Assembly (NCBI GenBank): GCA_963789265.1
Contig: CAWBKB010000001.1
Span: forward strand, 1,664,001 to 1,728,000
From: an uncultured delta proteobacterium
Lineage (GTDB): Bacteria > Desulfobacterota > Desulfomonilia > Desulfomonilales > Desulfomonilaceae
Length of the DNA: 64,000 nucleotides
Direction of reading: 5' to 3'
The notes under the pieces were generated by a model. It was given only the letters and a program-made list of their open reading frames with translations. It searched no databases and was not told the origin of the DNA. Shown here in pieces: positions 10,583 to 21,930 of this stretch. The position numbers and the translations under genes were made by a program. The first letter of the stretch is position 1, and every line of letters begins with the position of its first letter.

Positions 10583-10671
10583 AACTATTTTACTTGATAA
10601 AGCAACTAGTCAATGAGGAGAGACTTGACTTTTCAAAGAACTAGGATAATCATAGACAACAGAGAGCGATC

Positions 10672-11073
10672 ATGAAACGGGCATCCGCAATAATACTCAG
10701 TTTACTGCTCTTTTGGGCCGGTGTTGCCTACGGGTTCCCCGGTGCGTGTTGCTGCGCAACAGCGTGTGGGCGCTTGATGAAGTTCGCGGACGACGGTTGT
10801 GGACCCGAGCAAGACCATTCGTGCAATCACAACGGATTTGGTTGCCACTGTAAGGGCGGCTGTCTTTCTCTGCAATGCGCCGGAGAACTCGATGCAATGG
10901 CTCTGCCGCAAGCCTATTCCGTACGCGCTGAGCATCAAGTTTTTGCGTTGCCCGCGCCAATTGTGATTGTCGAGGCGGGCCTGCGTTCCGCCCGGTCGAT
11001 ATCGCGCCAATTTCATTCCTTCCACTGGAACACCACAAATCTTCTCCTACAAACTTGTTCCTTCCTTTCCTGA
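10672..11073 (+). CDS. Cys/His-rich secreted small protein (leader ORF 2)
   Basis: Signal peptide; CCC..AC, CHCKGGC; C-terminus TNLLLQTCSFLS. Confidence 0.7.
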   Translation: MKRASAIILSLLLFWAGVAYGFPGACCCATACGRLMKFADDGCGPEQDHSCNHNGFGCHCKGGCLSLQCAGELDAMALPQAYSVRAEHQVFALPAPIVIVEAGLRSARSISRQFHSFHWNTTNLLLQTCSFLS

Positions 11074-11269
11074 CTAAAAGGACATCTGCTTGCACTTCGG
11101 GGGAAACCGATGCTTGTCGAATTTGCGCTGTTTCTCCTCGACAGCGCAAGTCGGCCTCTGTGCGGCTGCAATGGCGGTGATTACTGAAGCAGCCGGAGGT
11201 TTATAGAATAGAAGATCTGAAGCCTTCTGTTCGTAATGGACTCTGTGGGGTCCGGAGAGAGAGGTAAAC

Positions 11270-13054
11270 ATGCCCGCCGCAAATCGTGCCATGCGGTTGC
11301 AAAAGTCCATTATTTTGTGCTCGGCCTGCGGCATTCTGATGGTGGGGGTTATAGTTGCTGCTGCCAGCATACTGCCTCTTTATGACCATCTGAAAAAGGT
11401 GGAGGAGAGCCATCTCAGGTGGGCACTGAATACCAAAATCCAAAGCCTCGAAACGTACCTGGCAAGATCCGTCAATGCAGCCTCGAGAATTGCCTGGATT
11501 GCTAAGGCTGCGGAAAGCCTTGAAGATTACGACAATAGCCTCATCGGTCACGACAAGGTGACGGCGACAACGGGGAAGGCGCTGTCCAATGCGATGCGCT
11601 ATTCCAATGGCGTAGCTGGCGTCACTCGCTTTGATAGGAAGGGTCAACTACTGGTGCAGGTTGGTCAGGAATTGCCCGAATTAGCGAGTCTCGCGAAATT
11701 GCCGGCACGAGGAGACTCCCGTTCCGCTGGCCCTTTAGTCGTGGCCACTTCGACCTTGTGGGGCTTGATGATTGCGATACACGGCAGAGAAGGGGCCCGA
11801 ATCGGGACAGACTTTGTAACCTTCAGGACATCTGATCTGGAACAAGCTCTGGGATACAACACCGACGATCTTCGGGGAATGAGTAAGACGGTTTTGGCAG
11901 CCACCGACCGCAACCGGATAACACCAATCTTTCCCCCCCACGACCCGGAAAACATACGGACTACTTCTTCCGCCCTCGGGTTGGCTTTGAAGCGCGCAGC
12001 CTTGAAACAGACAGGTCTCTTGTTTCCGGGCAAAGATCATACCGGAAATGAGGTCGTCGCGTATGGACCTGTGCCCGGGACCCCTTGGGTCGTCGCGGTC
12101 ACGACGGACAAAAAGGCGCTGTATGCCCCGGTGTATCCTCATATTATCTCGACGTCGGCGGTCATTGGAATGCTCATACTAGTGGGCACGTTCGGCATGA
12201 TCTTGCTGGTTCGTCCGCTAACCGGAAAAATGGTTATCCACGCGGATGAACTGGAGCAGCAAGTTCGGGAAAAGCTGAAAATCATTGACAATCTCTACGA
12301 ACATATCGTCCAGTCTGAAAAATCCAAAGCCATTGCCGAACACACAGCCGAGGTGGCTCATGAGTTGAGACAGCCGCTGGCTATTATTGGTGGCTTTGCC
12401 AACAGAATGGCTCAGCACTTCGAATCTCAGGGCACTTGGGGGCCGGAGCAAAAGGAATCCTGCGGGATCATAATTTCGGAGATTCGGAGGCTGGAAAAAA
12501 TCCTGGGTGGTCTTATCGACTTCACGAAAAGGCGAAGCCTTAGCGCGGAGAAGGTCCAGCCCAATGACGTGATCCAAAATGTTATAGTAGCGTATGCCGG
12601 TAAGTTGACGGAGAGAGGCATAAAGCTAGAAACTGATCTTGGCAGCGAGGTCGGCGAGGTCGTCTTGGATCCGAACCGTTTTGAGCAGGTCATCCGGAAC
12701 CTTCTGTCCAATGCTATGGACGCATCTCCTGCGGGCGAGTCGATATCCATTCAAACTAGAATATTAGTTCCCGGAGATAAAGCAAGAGAGATCGGGGAGC
12801 TTGAGTCAAAAAGCTATTTCGAAATGAGAGTTCATAATTACGGTCCTGTAATCTCCCCGGAACATTTGCAGAAAATTTTCAGCCCCTTCTTTACTACGAA
12901 GGATGGTGGAAACGGCTTGGGTTTAACCGTGACCAAGAAAGTTGTGGAGGACCACAATGGTTCCATTTCTGTCAAATCCGATGAGGAGGGGACGGCGTTC
13001 ACCGTGTGGCTTCCTATTGGTCAAGATCCTTTAGACCGGGGCATCGGAAAATGA
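11270..13054 (+). CDS. Membrane sensor histidine kinase (periplasmic Cache-like domain, HisKA, HATPase)
   Basis: Two TMs; [26 protein letters not shown] motifs. Confidence 0.92.
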   Translation: MPAANRAMRLQKSIILCSACGILMVGVIVAAASILPLYDHLKKVEESHLRWALNTKIQSLETYLARSVNAASRIAWIAKAAESLEDYDNSLIGHDKVTATTGKALSNAMRYSNGVAGVTRFDRKGQLLVQVGQELPELASLAKLPARGDSRSAGPLVVATSTLWGLMIAIHGREGARIGTDFVTFRTSDLEQALGYNTDDLRGMSKTVLAATDRNRITPIFPPHDPENIRTTSSALGLALKRAALKQTGLLFPGKDHTGNEVVAYGPVPGTPWVVAVTTDKKALYAPVYPHIISTSAVIGMLILVGTFGMILLVRPLTGKMVIHADELEQQVREKLKIIDNLYEHIVQSEKSKAIAEHTAEVAHELRQPLAIIGGFANRMAQHFESQGTWGPEQKESCGIIISEIRRLEKILGGLIDFTKRRSLSAEKVQPNDVIQNVIVAYAGKLTERGIKLETDLGSEVGEVVLDPNRFEQVIRNLLSNAMDASPAGESISIQTRILVPGDKAREIGELESKSYFEMRVHNYGPVISPEHLQKIFSPFFTTKDGGNGLGLTVTKKVVEDHNGSISVKSDEEGTAFTVWLPIGQDPLDRGIGK

Positions 13055-13281
13055 AGGTCGGAGATGTCGGAGCGGGTTTTGTGGGATCGACGTCAGCGGA
13101 CGCGTTGGTTATGACGGGTGTGGGAAGCGAAATTGTGCTCGCGGATAAGAATCGTAGCCGGGCTGAAGCCGAAGACATTTTTCATGCCGTGCCTTTTGCC
13201 CACAGCGTTCGGATCACTGCGGCCTGCTGCGACCTGTATAAAAAACAGTCGCTACGCTCAAGAAATGGGAGAGAGCAATGA
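13051..13281 (+). pseudogene. ldh: L-lactate dehydrogenase N-terminal relic (~58 codons of similarity)
   Basis: [37 protein letters not shown] is the LDH Rossmann start with substitutions; similarity ends near 13225. Confidence 0.75.
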
Positions 13282-14838
13282 ATGACACGGTTTCTATACC
13301 CAAGAAGACGTTGAAAAGAATTCTCTTGGGATCCCTGATCCTCGCCGTACTGGCGGTGGGCCTCCTGCTGATCAGAGGTTCAAAAACGGAACAACCGTCT
13401 GCTGAATCCCAGAACTCTAAACCTGCTCCAATGGCATCCATGGGAAAGGAGAAAAGTCCGGCAAGTCCGGCAATGAAGGGCCACACGCAAGGCGCGCCCG
13501 CTGCAACGTCGCAAGCGCCCGGTAAAGGCCCTGTCCGATACACTATGTCGCCGGAAGCTAAGATGCTCGCGGAAGTGCAGACGGCAAAGGTGAAACGAGA
13601 GCGGGCGGTAAAGCACTTGCGAATGGTTGGGATGGTTTTCGATGCCGAGACCAGGATCGCGACCCTGACAGCGAGAATTCCCGGGCGTCTCGACGCGGTC
13701 TACATAGATTATACCGGGGTGAAGGTCAATGTGGGAGATCCGATGGTGATGATCTGGAGCCCGACTCTGATCACGAGTGAAGTCGAATTGTTTACGAGCA
13801 TTAAAAAGCCCGATATCAACCTCGATACCAAAGGGATCATCCGCGGGGCAGAAGAAAAGCTCAAACAGTACGGGATGACCAAAGAGCAGATCAAAAAAAT
13901 CCGGGAAACCGGAAAGCCGGACGAGGTACATAACTCTCAAGGCCCCCATCAGTGGAATTGTCATGCAGAAGAACGCTATTGTCGGCCAGTTCGTGAAGGA
14001 AGGCACAGAGATGTTCGTAATCAACGACTTGTCCCATGTATGGGTCAAGCTCGATGCCTACGAACCTGACCTGCCCTGGATCAGGTACGGTCAGGAAGTC
14101 ACTTTCACGACGCCGTCTTTTCCCGGGAAGACCTACAAGGGTAAGGTCATCTTCATCGATCCTGTCCTGGACATGCCGACTCGGACCGTGAAGGTAAGAG
14201 TCGATGTGGCAAACCCGAATTACGAATTGAAACCCCACATGTTCGTCAACGGGGACCTGGAAGCCGAAGTAGACGATCACGGCCGTGTCGTGAAGCCGGA
14301 GTGGGTCGGAAAGTACATCTGTCCCTTTGATCCTCGAGAAGTAAGCTCGACTCCCGGGACATGTTCAAAGACCAAGCAGCCTTTGCAGCCCGCGACTGCG
14401 TATGGGTATTCCGGCGTGACAAATCCAGTCCCGCCTCTGGTCATACCCGAGACAGCCGTGCTGTTCACAGGCAAGCGATCCATTGTTTACGTTGAAGTCC
14501 CCAATCAGCCTGATCCCACTTACGAGCAACGGGATGTGACCCTGGGGCCCGAGGTTGGGAACTATTACGTGGTCCGCGACGGCCTGAAAGAAGGCGAGCA
14601 GGTAGTTGTCAAAGGCAATTTCCAGATCGACAGTTCGATCCAGATTCTCGGCGAGCCTAGTATGATGAATCCGGTTGAGTCTCAGGCGCCGCCAACAGTG
14701 GAAATGCCAAGCTCTCACACGACCCCCGAGAAGGATTCCCATCAAGGCACGAAAGAGCAAGGGACGGGTTCAATGTCGAACATGCCTATGAACACGGCTC
14801 CGAGTCCTCATCCCTCTCATGGGAAGGAGGGACGATGA
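13278..14838 (+). CDS. cusB: Cu/Ag efflux RND periplasmic adaptor (CusB-like), frameshift at ~13926
   Basis: [41 protein letters not shown] motifs; removing one G at 13925-13926 joins ORFs 13278 and 13963. Confidence 0.85.
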
Positions 14839-17800
14839 TGTCAACTCATAATAGTGAAACAGAAGTTGCAACGCCCACACTTTTCTCGAAAATGATGCGC
14901 TTCTGGATGACCCAGAAGCTGCTGGTGTTCATAGGTTTGATCGGCCTTATCGCAGTGGGTTTGGTAGTCGCTCCTTTTGATTGGAATGTACCGCTTCTGC
15001 CGCGAGACCCAGTGCCCGTGGATGCAATTCCCGACATTGGCGAAAATCAGCAGATCGTATTTACCAACTGGATAGGGCGATCTCCTAAGGATGTGGAGGA
15101 CCAGATTACGTATCCTCTGACCATAGCACTCCTGGGAATCCCTGGAGTGAAGGCCATCAGAAGTTATTCATACTTTTCATTCTCCAGCATATACGTCGTT
15201 TTTGAAGACAAGATCGATTTCTATTGGTCCCGAACCCGTATCCTGGAAAGGCTCAGTTCTCTCCAGCCCGGGACACTGCCGGCAGGAGTTCAACCTGTGC
15301 TTGGTCCGGACGCTACGGCGGTGGGGCAGGTCTTCTGGTACACAGTTGAAGGCAAAGGCTTTAGCCTGGACGAACTTAGAACTATTCAGGATTGGTACGT
15401 CCGATACTACTTGGAGTCGGCCAAAGGCGTAAGCGAAGTTGCCTCCGTGGGAGGATACGTCAAGGAATACCAGGTAGACGTGAACCCCAATGCAATGAGA
15501 GCGGCCGGGGTAGTGCTGCAAGATGTTTACACGGCAGTACAACGGTCCAATCTCGATGTCGGGGCCCGTACGATCGAATTGAACAACGTGGACTACATAA
15601 TACGAGGTTTAGGATGGATCGGCTCTACGAAGGACCTTGAAAATGCCGTCGTAAAAATGACTCGGAATATCCCAATCCGGGTGAAGGATGTGGCCAAAGT
15701 ATCGCTCGGGCCTGCATTCAGGGAAGGGGCGCTCAATAAGGGGGGAGCTGAAGCCGCTGGCGGCGTGGTAGTCGTTCGTTTCGCGGAAAATCCGTTGCAG
15801 GTGATCAAGAATGTCAAAGCCAAGATCAAAGAGATTGCTCCTTTCCTCCCCAAAAAGACCCTGCCGGACGGCACGGTTTCTCAGGTCAAGATTGTGCCGT
15901 TCTATGACCGCACGCAACTTATCCATGAAACCCTTGGGACATTAAAAAACGCTCTGTCTGATGAAACCCTGGTTGCGATCATCGTCGTGATCGTGATGGT
16001 CAACAATCTGATCAGTTCGGCCCTCATTTCACTTGTTCTGCCCTTGGCCGTGCTCATGACCTTCATAATAATGAAGGCATTCGGCGTGGACGCCAACCTT
16101 ATGGCGCTTTCCGGAATTGCTATTGCCATCGGAGTCATGGTGGACATGGGAATTATTCTCTGTGAGAATATCTTGCGTCATATAGAACATGATCCACCGG
16201 GAAAGAGTAGTTTCCAGATTATTCATGAGGCAGCGACCGAGGTGGGAGGCGCTGTGATCACCTCCGCCTCCACGACGATCATAGCCTTTCTGCCGGTATT
16301 CACGTTGACCGGTCCTGAAGGAAAACTGTTCAAACCCGTGGCGTTCACCAAGACGTTCGCCATAGCAGCTTCGCTCGGTACTGGCCCTTTCCGTTATACC
16401 TCCCCTGGCCCACATCTTGTTCACCAAGAGGAACCTGAGAGCGAAAACGCTGACCATCGCGTACGGAGTGGTGACAATCGCGGGTTTGGTAATAGGGTAC
16501 TGGGTATCGTGGCCCATTGGCTTCGCGGTGATGCTCATGGGAGTCGTGAAGCTGGTTTCGCTCTTTTTACCGCCGGCGATACGAAGCAGGGTCTCGATGG
16601 CCATGAACCTGATCGCCTTAGTTTTGGTCGTGTTCCTGCTCACGGAACACTGGATGCCTCTCGGCTTGGAAAAAGGACTGTTCAGGAACATGGTTTTCGC
16701 CGCGGGAATCATTTTCCTGCTTTTGGGGTTCAACAAGCTCGTCACCATCTACTACCCTCGTGCCTTGGCCTGGGCTTTGGGACATAAGGCGACTTTCTTG
16801 GCCATCCCGATTTCTCTCGTGATTCTGGGAGTTACGATGTGGCTCGGATTTGATCGCGTTTTCTCATTTATCCCCGGGGCCGCTGAGTGGACAGGGCTGG
16901 TGCGCCCCGTGTCAATGGAGCAAATGAAAGAAACGCCTAAAACCAAGGCTCCTCAAACCAGTATGCCCGGCATGAGCATGCCCGGCATGAGTATGGGCAA
17001 GCCTGGCGAGGCAGAAATCCCAAAAGGCCCGATACGCTCCACCTGGGTTTGGCGGAAACTCGCGCAGGTTTTTCCCGGCTTCGGCCAGGAGTTTATGCCT
17101 CCTATGGAGGAGGGCACATTCCTTTATATGCCTACGCTCATGCCCCATGCATCGATCGGGACTGCGCTTGATGTCATTCGCCAGCAAAACCTTGCAATCC
17201 AGGCGATTCCTGAAGTGCAGTCCGCGGTAGGAAAGATCGGCCGCGTTGAAAGCGCACTCGATCCGGCACCCCTTTCAATGATTGAGACTATCATCAACGT
17301 GAAACCGGAATACAAGACCGATCCCAAAACGGGCGAGCACGTGCTCGACCCGAAGACGGGCCTTCCCATCCGGTATTGGCGGCCGCAGATCAAATCTATG
17401 AACGATGTCTGGAATGAGATTGTCAAAGCAGCCGACGTTCCGGGCACAACAGTGGCCCCCAGGTTGGAGCCCATAGCAGGCAGAGTAGAGATGCTCTCAA
17501 CCGGCATGAGATCGGCCATGGGAGTAAAAATCAGGGGGAACAGCCTGGAGGATGTCAACAAGGTCGGCCTTGAAATCGAAAAGTATCTCAGGGAAGTGCC
17601 GAGCATTGAGCCGACCTCAGTCATCGCGGACCGCTTGATCGGAACGCCATACCTGGAAATCAATATCGATAGGCAAGCTATAGCCAGGTATGGGGTCAAT
17701 ATTCAGGATGTTGATGATGTTATCGAAATAGCGATCGGAGGCAAGCAAATCACGACTACGGTGGAAGGCCGGGAGCGCTACCCGGTGAGAGTTCGCTACG

Positions 17801-18702
17801 AGAGAGAACTACGCGACTCGGTTGAAGCACTGAAGAACATATTGGTACCCGCGTCCAACGGTGCGCACATTCCAATGCGTCTGGTGGCAGACATAAAATA
17901 TGTTCGCGGTCCAATGGTCATCAAGAGTGAGAACACTTTTCTGGTCGGCTACGTGCTCTTCGACAAGAAACCCGGTTTTGCCGAAGTAAGCGTGGTTCAG
18001 AACGCGGATAAGTTTTTGAAACACAAGATCAGCATGGGAGAGCTGAAACTGCCCCCGAATGTCTCGTACTGGTTCGCCGGCTCATACGAAGATGCGGTTC
18101 GGTCGCAAAAGACCATGATGATCGTGATTCCGGCGACCCTGTTGGTGGTGTTTCTGATCCTGTACTTTCAGTTCCAGTCGGTGCCGACTTCTCTGAACGT
18201 CTTTTCCGGAATTTTCGTGGCATGGTTTGGAGGCTTTTTGCTGATATGGTTGTATTCCCAACCGTGGTTCCTTGATTTCAGCATTTTCGGCGTCAATATG
18301 AGGCATCTGTTTCAAGTAAGGACGTACAATCTCAGCGTGGCTGTGTGGGTAGGATTCCTCGCCTTATTCGGTATCGCCACGAATGATGGGGTGATCTATT
18401 CTACGTACTTGGATCAGGTATTCGAGAAACACGCGTTCCATTCCGCATCCGAAATCAGACAAGCAACCGTCGAAGCCGGCATGAAGAGGATCAGGCCCGC
18501 TCTTATGACCGCCTCTACCGCCATCCTTGCCCTTATCCCAGTGCTTACGTCGACGGGACGCGGCTCGGACGTCATGGTGCCTATGGCTCTGCCGATTTTT
18601 GGAGGTATGCTCGTGGCCACGATTACTATCTTCGTGGTTCCTACTATCTATTGCCTGGAGAAAGAAATCTTGTTCAAGCGGCGAAAGGAATCGGCAAGCT
18701 GA
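14835..18702 (+). CDS. cusA: Cu/Ag efflux RND permease (CusA-like), frameshift at ~16377
   Basis: DAIPDIGENQQIVFT, GPDATAVGQVFWY; Met ligands FMPP, LSMIET, EMLSTG; RIRPALMT; removing one G at 16377-16378 joins the ORFs. Confidence 0.9.
16960..16995 (+). repeat. 15-bp tandem repeat encoding SMPGM within cusA
   Basis: AGTATGCCCGGCATG AGCATGCCCGGCATG AGTATG. Confidence 0.8.
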
Positions 18703-18793
18703 GATAATGTTAGAGGAAACGTAAAATAATTGGAAATTCGGTTTGTGTCATACAGTTTTCAGTTTCCATTCGAAGGAACTTTGGAGGCAAGAG

Positions 18794-19648
18794 ATGAAAA
18801 CAGGTTGTCGATCCGTGTTGTTCGTGGCGGGAATCCTTCTGATGCTCGTCTCGGTCACATCGCAAGTAGGTGCAGACGAGAACGCCGTCAGAGTCTATGG
18901 AGCAACCACGTTTGCCGAGCCGATGCGAATCCTTGGAAAGGGATTCATGAAAGAACACCCTGCTGTTCGGGTGGGAGTCCTCGGCAAGACTTCCGAATTT
19001 GGATTCTTATCATTATTGAACAAAGAAACGGATCTCGTCATGGCCGCACGTAAGCCCACGGTAGTGGAGAGACGTTTAGCCGAACAAAAAGGTATCCAGT
19101 GGGCGGGAGCACGCGTGGCTTGGGAGAGGGTGGCTGTGATTTCCCACCCCGGCCTTGGAGTGACCGAACTAACCGTGGATCAACTTCGGAAGATTTATAC
19201 GGGCGAGTACAAAAACTGGAGGGACTTGGGCGGAATAGACCAGCCTATCATGTTGCACAGCCTGCCTTATCCGCAAGATGATATCGCGGTTCGGTTTGCG
19301 CACAATGTTCTCAGCAAAGCTGAGTTCACTTCAGGCATAATCTGGGTCGAGACGCCGGATTTCCTTGTTCAGCATGTGAGCGTCCACAATGGGGCAATAG
19401 CGTATTTGGGCAACCTCCAGTTCACGGGCATCGTCAAGCGTCACCCCCTGCGGAAGGTCCAGGTCATCAGCATGCGTGCAAATAGCGAGTCGCCGGCGAT
19501 CAGTCCTTCTGCCGAGATTTCTATAAAGGGACAATATCCGCTGACCGTTCCGCTCTTCCTTTTCTGGAAGAAAAAGGAGCCGAATAAATGGACCGAGCAA
19601 TTTGTACGCTATTGCATCGAAAAGTTTCAGGAGGCGGTCAGAAAATGA
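18794..19648 (+). CDS. PstS-like periplasmic substrate-binding protein
   Basis: Signal peptide; VYGATT, LTVDQLRKIYTGEYKNWRDLGG, YPL motifs; SD GGAGG. Confidence 0.8.
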   Translation: MKTGCRSVLFVAGILLMLVSVTSQVGADENAVRVYGATTFAEPMRILGKGFMKEHPAVRVGVLGKTSEFGFLSLLNKETDLVMAARKPTVVERRLAEQKGIQWAGARVAWERVAVISHPGLGVTELTVDQLRKIYTGEYKNWRDLGGIDQPIMLHSLPYPQDDIAVRFAHNVLSKAEFTSGIIWVETPDFLVQHVSVHNGAIAYLGNLQFTGIVKRHPLRKVQVISMRANSESPAISPSAEISIKGQYPLTVPLFLFWKKKEPNKWTEQFVRYCIEKFQEAVRK

Positions 19649-19659
19649 GGTACCGAATC

Positions 19660-19865
19660 GGCAAGGCGACCGGCGCGGAGGCCGGTGCTACCAAATAGGG
19701 TTCCGGCCACAGGCATCAGGCACATCAGAATGCGTGATCGAATTTATGAAATAGGGCCTAAGCACTCGTTTAACAAGTTCGGCGACATATTCCGGGTTGT
19801 AGTGGGACAGGCATCTTGCCTGTCTATTTCATGATCGACGGGCAAGATGCCCGTCGCCACCAGGT
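19660..19865. repeat. REP-like palindrome cluster
   Basis: ACCGGCGCGGAGGCCGGTGCTAC; GTGGGACAGGCATCTTGCCTGTC...GACGGGCAAGATGCCCGTCGCCAC. Confidence 0.65.
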
Positions 19866-19927
19866 CATTTGCCAAATCGGTCATCATATTTGAGAACCGC
19901 CATAGCTGTCAAAAAGGAGAAAAACAA

Positions 19928-20695
19928 ATGCAGGCAAAGCACAGAAGTGCTTTAGCGAAAACACTAGGTATATTGGTTGCGGCCGCGGTCGCGATGCTTG
20001 TTCCGTTGGCTTCTGGCGCCGTGGATCTCTTGCAGTTGCCGGACGGGTCGAAGATAGACCTTGCCCAGAAGTGTCCGGTTTGTGGCATGGTAATCGGTGG
20101 AACGGCCAGGCAGGCCGTCACCGTCACCTTCAAGGACGGACATGTAACGGGTTTTCATGGTGTGGCGGCAGCAGTCTTCAAGGATGGCCAAGTGGTGGGA
20201 TTTGAAGGGGCTCGCTGTCTCTTCATTTACAATTCCGTTCCCCAGAAGTACCACGTCAATGTTGCGGATATCGCTCACCAGTATGTCACGGATTACACGA
20301 GCAAAAAGATGATTGATCTGGCCAAGGCTTTTCTTGTTCTCGGCAGCAATGTAAAGGGTCCAATGGGTTACGATCTTGTGCCCTTCAGTAGCAAAGAGGA
20401 AGCAGCAAAATTCGCATCCGAGAATGATGGCAAGTGGATTGTGCAGCTCCACGAAGTATGCAAGGCAGCGCAAGAAGGAACCGATAGGTCCGGACCAACT
20501 CCAGCCTCCGTGACTCCGAGTGTGACTGAAAAGAGCTCACCGGTTCCCGCGGCAATCGCCGGGTCAGATCAAGCCGGAACATCGCGTTCCCGAGAAGCCT
20601 GTAACGCCCCCGGTGCGCCCACAACCACAAGGCCGAAAATCCATTCCGCCGGCCTCCAGGAAAGGCGGCTGTTAAGCCGAGTTGACAATAAGTAA
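19928..20695 (+). CDS. NosL-family copper-binding protein with low-complexity tail
   Basis: Signal peptide; KCPVCGM, VTDY, GS.V.GPMG.DLVPF...EEA..F motifs. Confidence 0.85.
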   Translation: MQAKHRSALAKTLGILVAAAVAMLVPLASGAVDLLQLPDGSKIDLAQKCPVCGMVIGGTARQAVTVTFKDGHVTGFHGVAAAVFKDGQVVGFEGARCLFIYNSVPQKYHVNVADIAHQYVTDYTSKKMIDLAKAFLVLGSNVKGPMGYDLVPFSSKEEAAKFASENDGKWIVQLHEVCKAAQEGTDRSGPTPASVTPSVTEKSSPVPAAIAGSDQAGTSRSREACNAPGAPTTTRPKIHSAGLQERRLLSRVDNK

Positions 20696-20916
20696 ACGGC
20701 AATAGTTCGCCGTGGAGAACACAGAGACCGCGGAGAATTCGGTTTCGCGTGTACGTCTATCCGCTTAAACACTGCAAGTTCTGGCGTGCAACAGCGAGGG
20801 CAATTCCGGCATGACTGTCCGCGTGGGTGACTCACCTGGCGTTGAATAAGCTACCTTTTTTCTCTGCGTTCTCTGCGCACTCCGCGGTGAATCCTGAATA
20901 CCGGGTGAACGGTTAG
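20694..20916. repeat. CACCGCGGAG/CTCCGCGGTG-type inverted repeat element, family D copy 1
   Basis: ACGGCAATAGTTCGCCGTGGAGAACACAGAGACCGCGGAG ... CTCTGCGTTCTCTGCGCACTCCGCGGTGAA; similar element at ~48355-48545. Confidence 0.6.
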
Positions 20917-21058
20917 GGAAAACGGCTTATTATTACATTGCCCTTGCCTGCTCCCAAACGATCGGCTTTGTCAAGGAATTGCATTACCGCTGATTGACAT
21001 AGCGATTGTGCGTGCTTACATAAATTATGTAGAGGCTTTGGAAAGGAGAAGCCGGGCA

Positions 21059-21459
21059 ATGATGCGGCTAATGCTCCCCAGGATACGTCAACTACTGGTA
21101 CTAGGTCTTGGGCTTCCCGTGGCTCGATGGCTCTTGCAATTCCATTGCATTGCTACTGTGACATCGGTCACGAGAATTACGGGTGTTCGCTTGGGGGTTA
21201 TCATTCCTCACGTGGGCTCATCTTGGAGGCCGCTTGTGCCGGCTGTGATTGTGAAGCATGTCCGCAGCGGCCCGTTTGGCTGAATAACTCCAATGTCAAA
21301 CAGGACTTCTCTGAGGCGACGTCGTCTCAGACTTCTGCTCTGTCGCTGCCGGGATCTTCGTTCGCTGCTTCTTCAAGCCTACCTGTTTTGTCATCTTACC
21401 CGTTTCTGAAATTCAGCTCCACTGTTGATTCTCTCCTTACAATCGTACTACTGATCTGA
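21059..21459 (+). CDS. Cys/His-rich secreted small protein (leader ORF 3), probable 1-nt deletion at ~21120
   Basis: SD AAGGAG and TTGACA at 20994; adding one G at ~21120 gives MMRLMLPRIRQLLVLGLGLPVGSMALA-IPLHCYC..CAGCDCEAC; C-terminus VDSLLTIVLLI. Confidence 0.6.
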
Positions 21460-21624
21460 AAACCATCTTCATCCAGAGCCCGTTGTAGCGGATATTCACA
21501 GAGCCCCGCGTATGCGTGATTAGACGTGATGAGATCCCGTGAAACCTCGTAAGAACCTTGGCATGGGATCCTCGATGCGCATGTCGACGGAGCGAGAATG
21601 GTTCGAGAAAAGAGGAGAAAGACA

Positions 21625-21858
21625 ATGAAAAGGATTATCGCTCTATGCGCCGTACTGGCCTTGCTGACACCCGCGTATGCCTTCGCGCATGGTGACACCA
21701 TGTATAGGTTGCAAAAGAAGTGGCAGCTTGAGCAAGCTCAGGAACAGCGAGAGTTGCCCTCCATCAAAGGCATCAAAGCTGATGTAGCGAAGGCAATGAA
21801 GTCTTTCCAGACTTGCAAGATTTGCTCAATCCAACAGGAACCGATCAATTCGAAGTGA
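21625..21858 (+). CDS. Small secreted protein with mature N-terminal His (AFA-HG) and CxxC
   Basis: SD GAGGAG; clear signal peptide; W..EQ...QREL motif; CKIC. Confidence 0.7.
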   Translation: MKRIIALCAVLALLTPAYAFAHGDTMYRLQKKWQLEQAQEQRELPSIKGIKADVAKAMKSFQTCKICSIQQEPINSK

Positions 21859-21930
21859 TCTAGAACCGGATCTGAACAGTGGTCTTAGCCTGCAAGGGTG
21901 GGCCATTGTTCAATCCGGAGGTGCTTTGTC

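Noticed and set aside
21810..21830. c-type cytochrome motif in the small protein at 21625
   Set aside because: CKICS lacks the His of CxxCH
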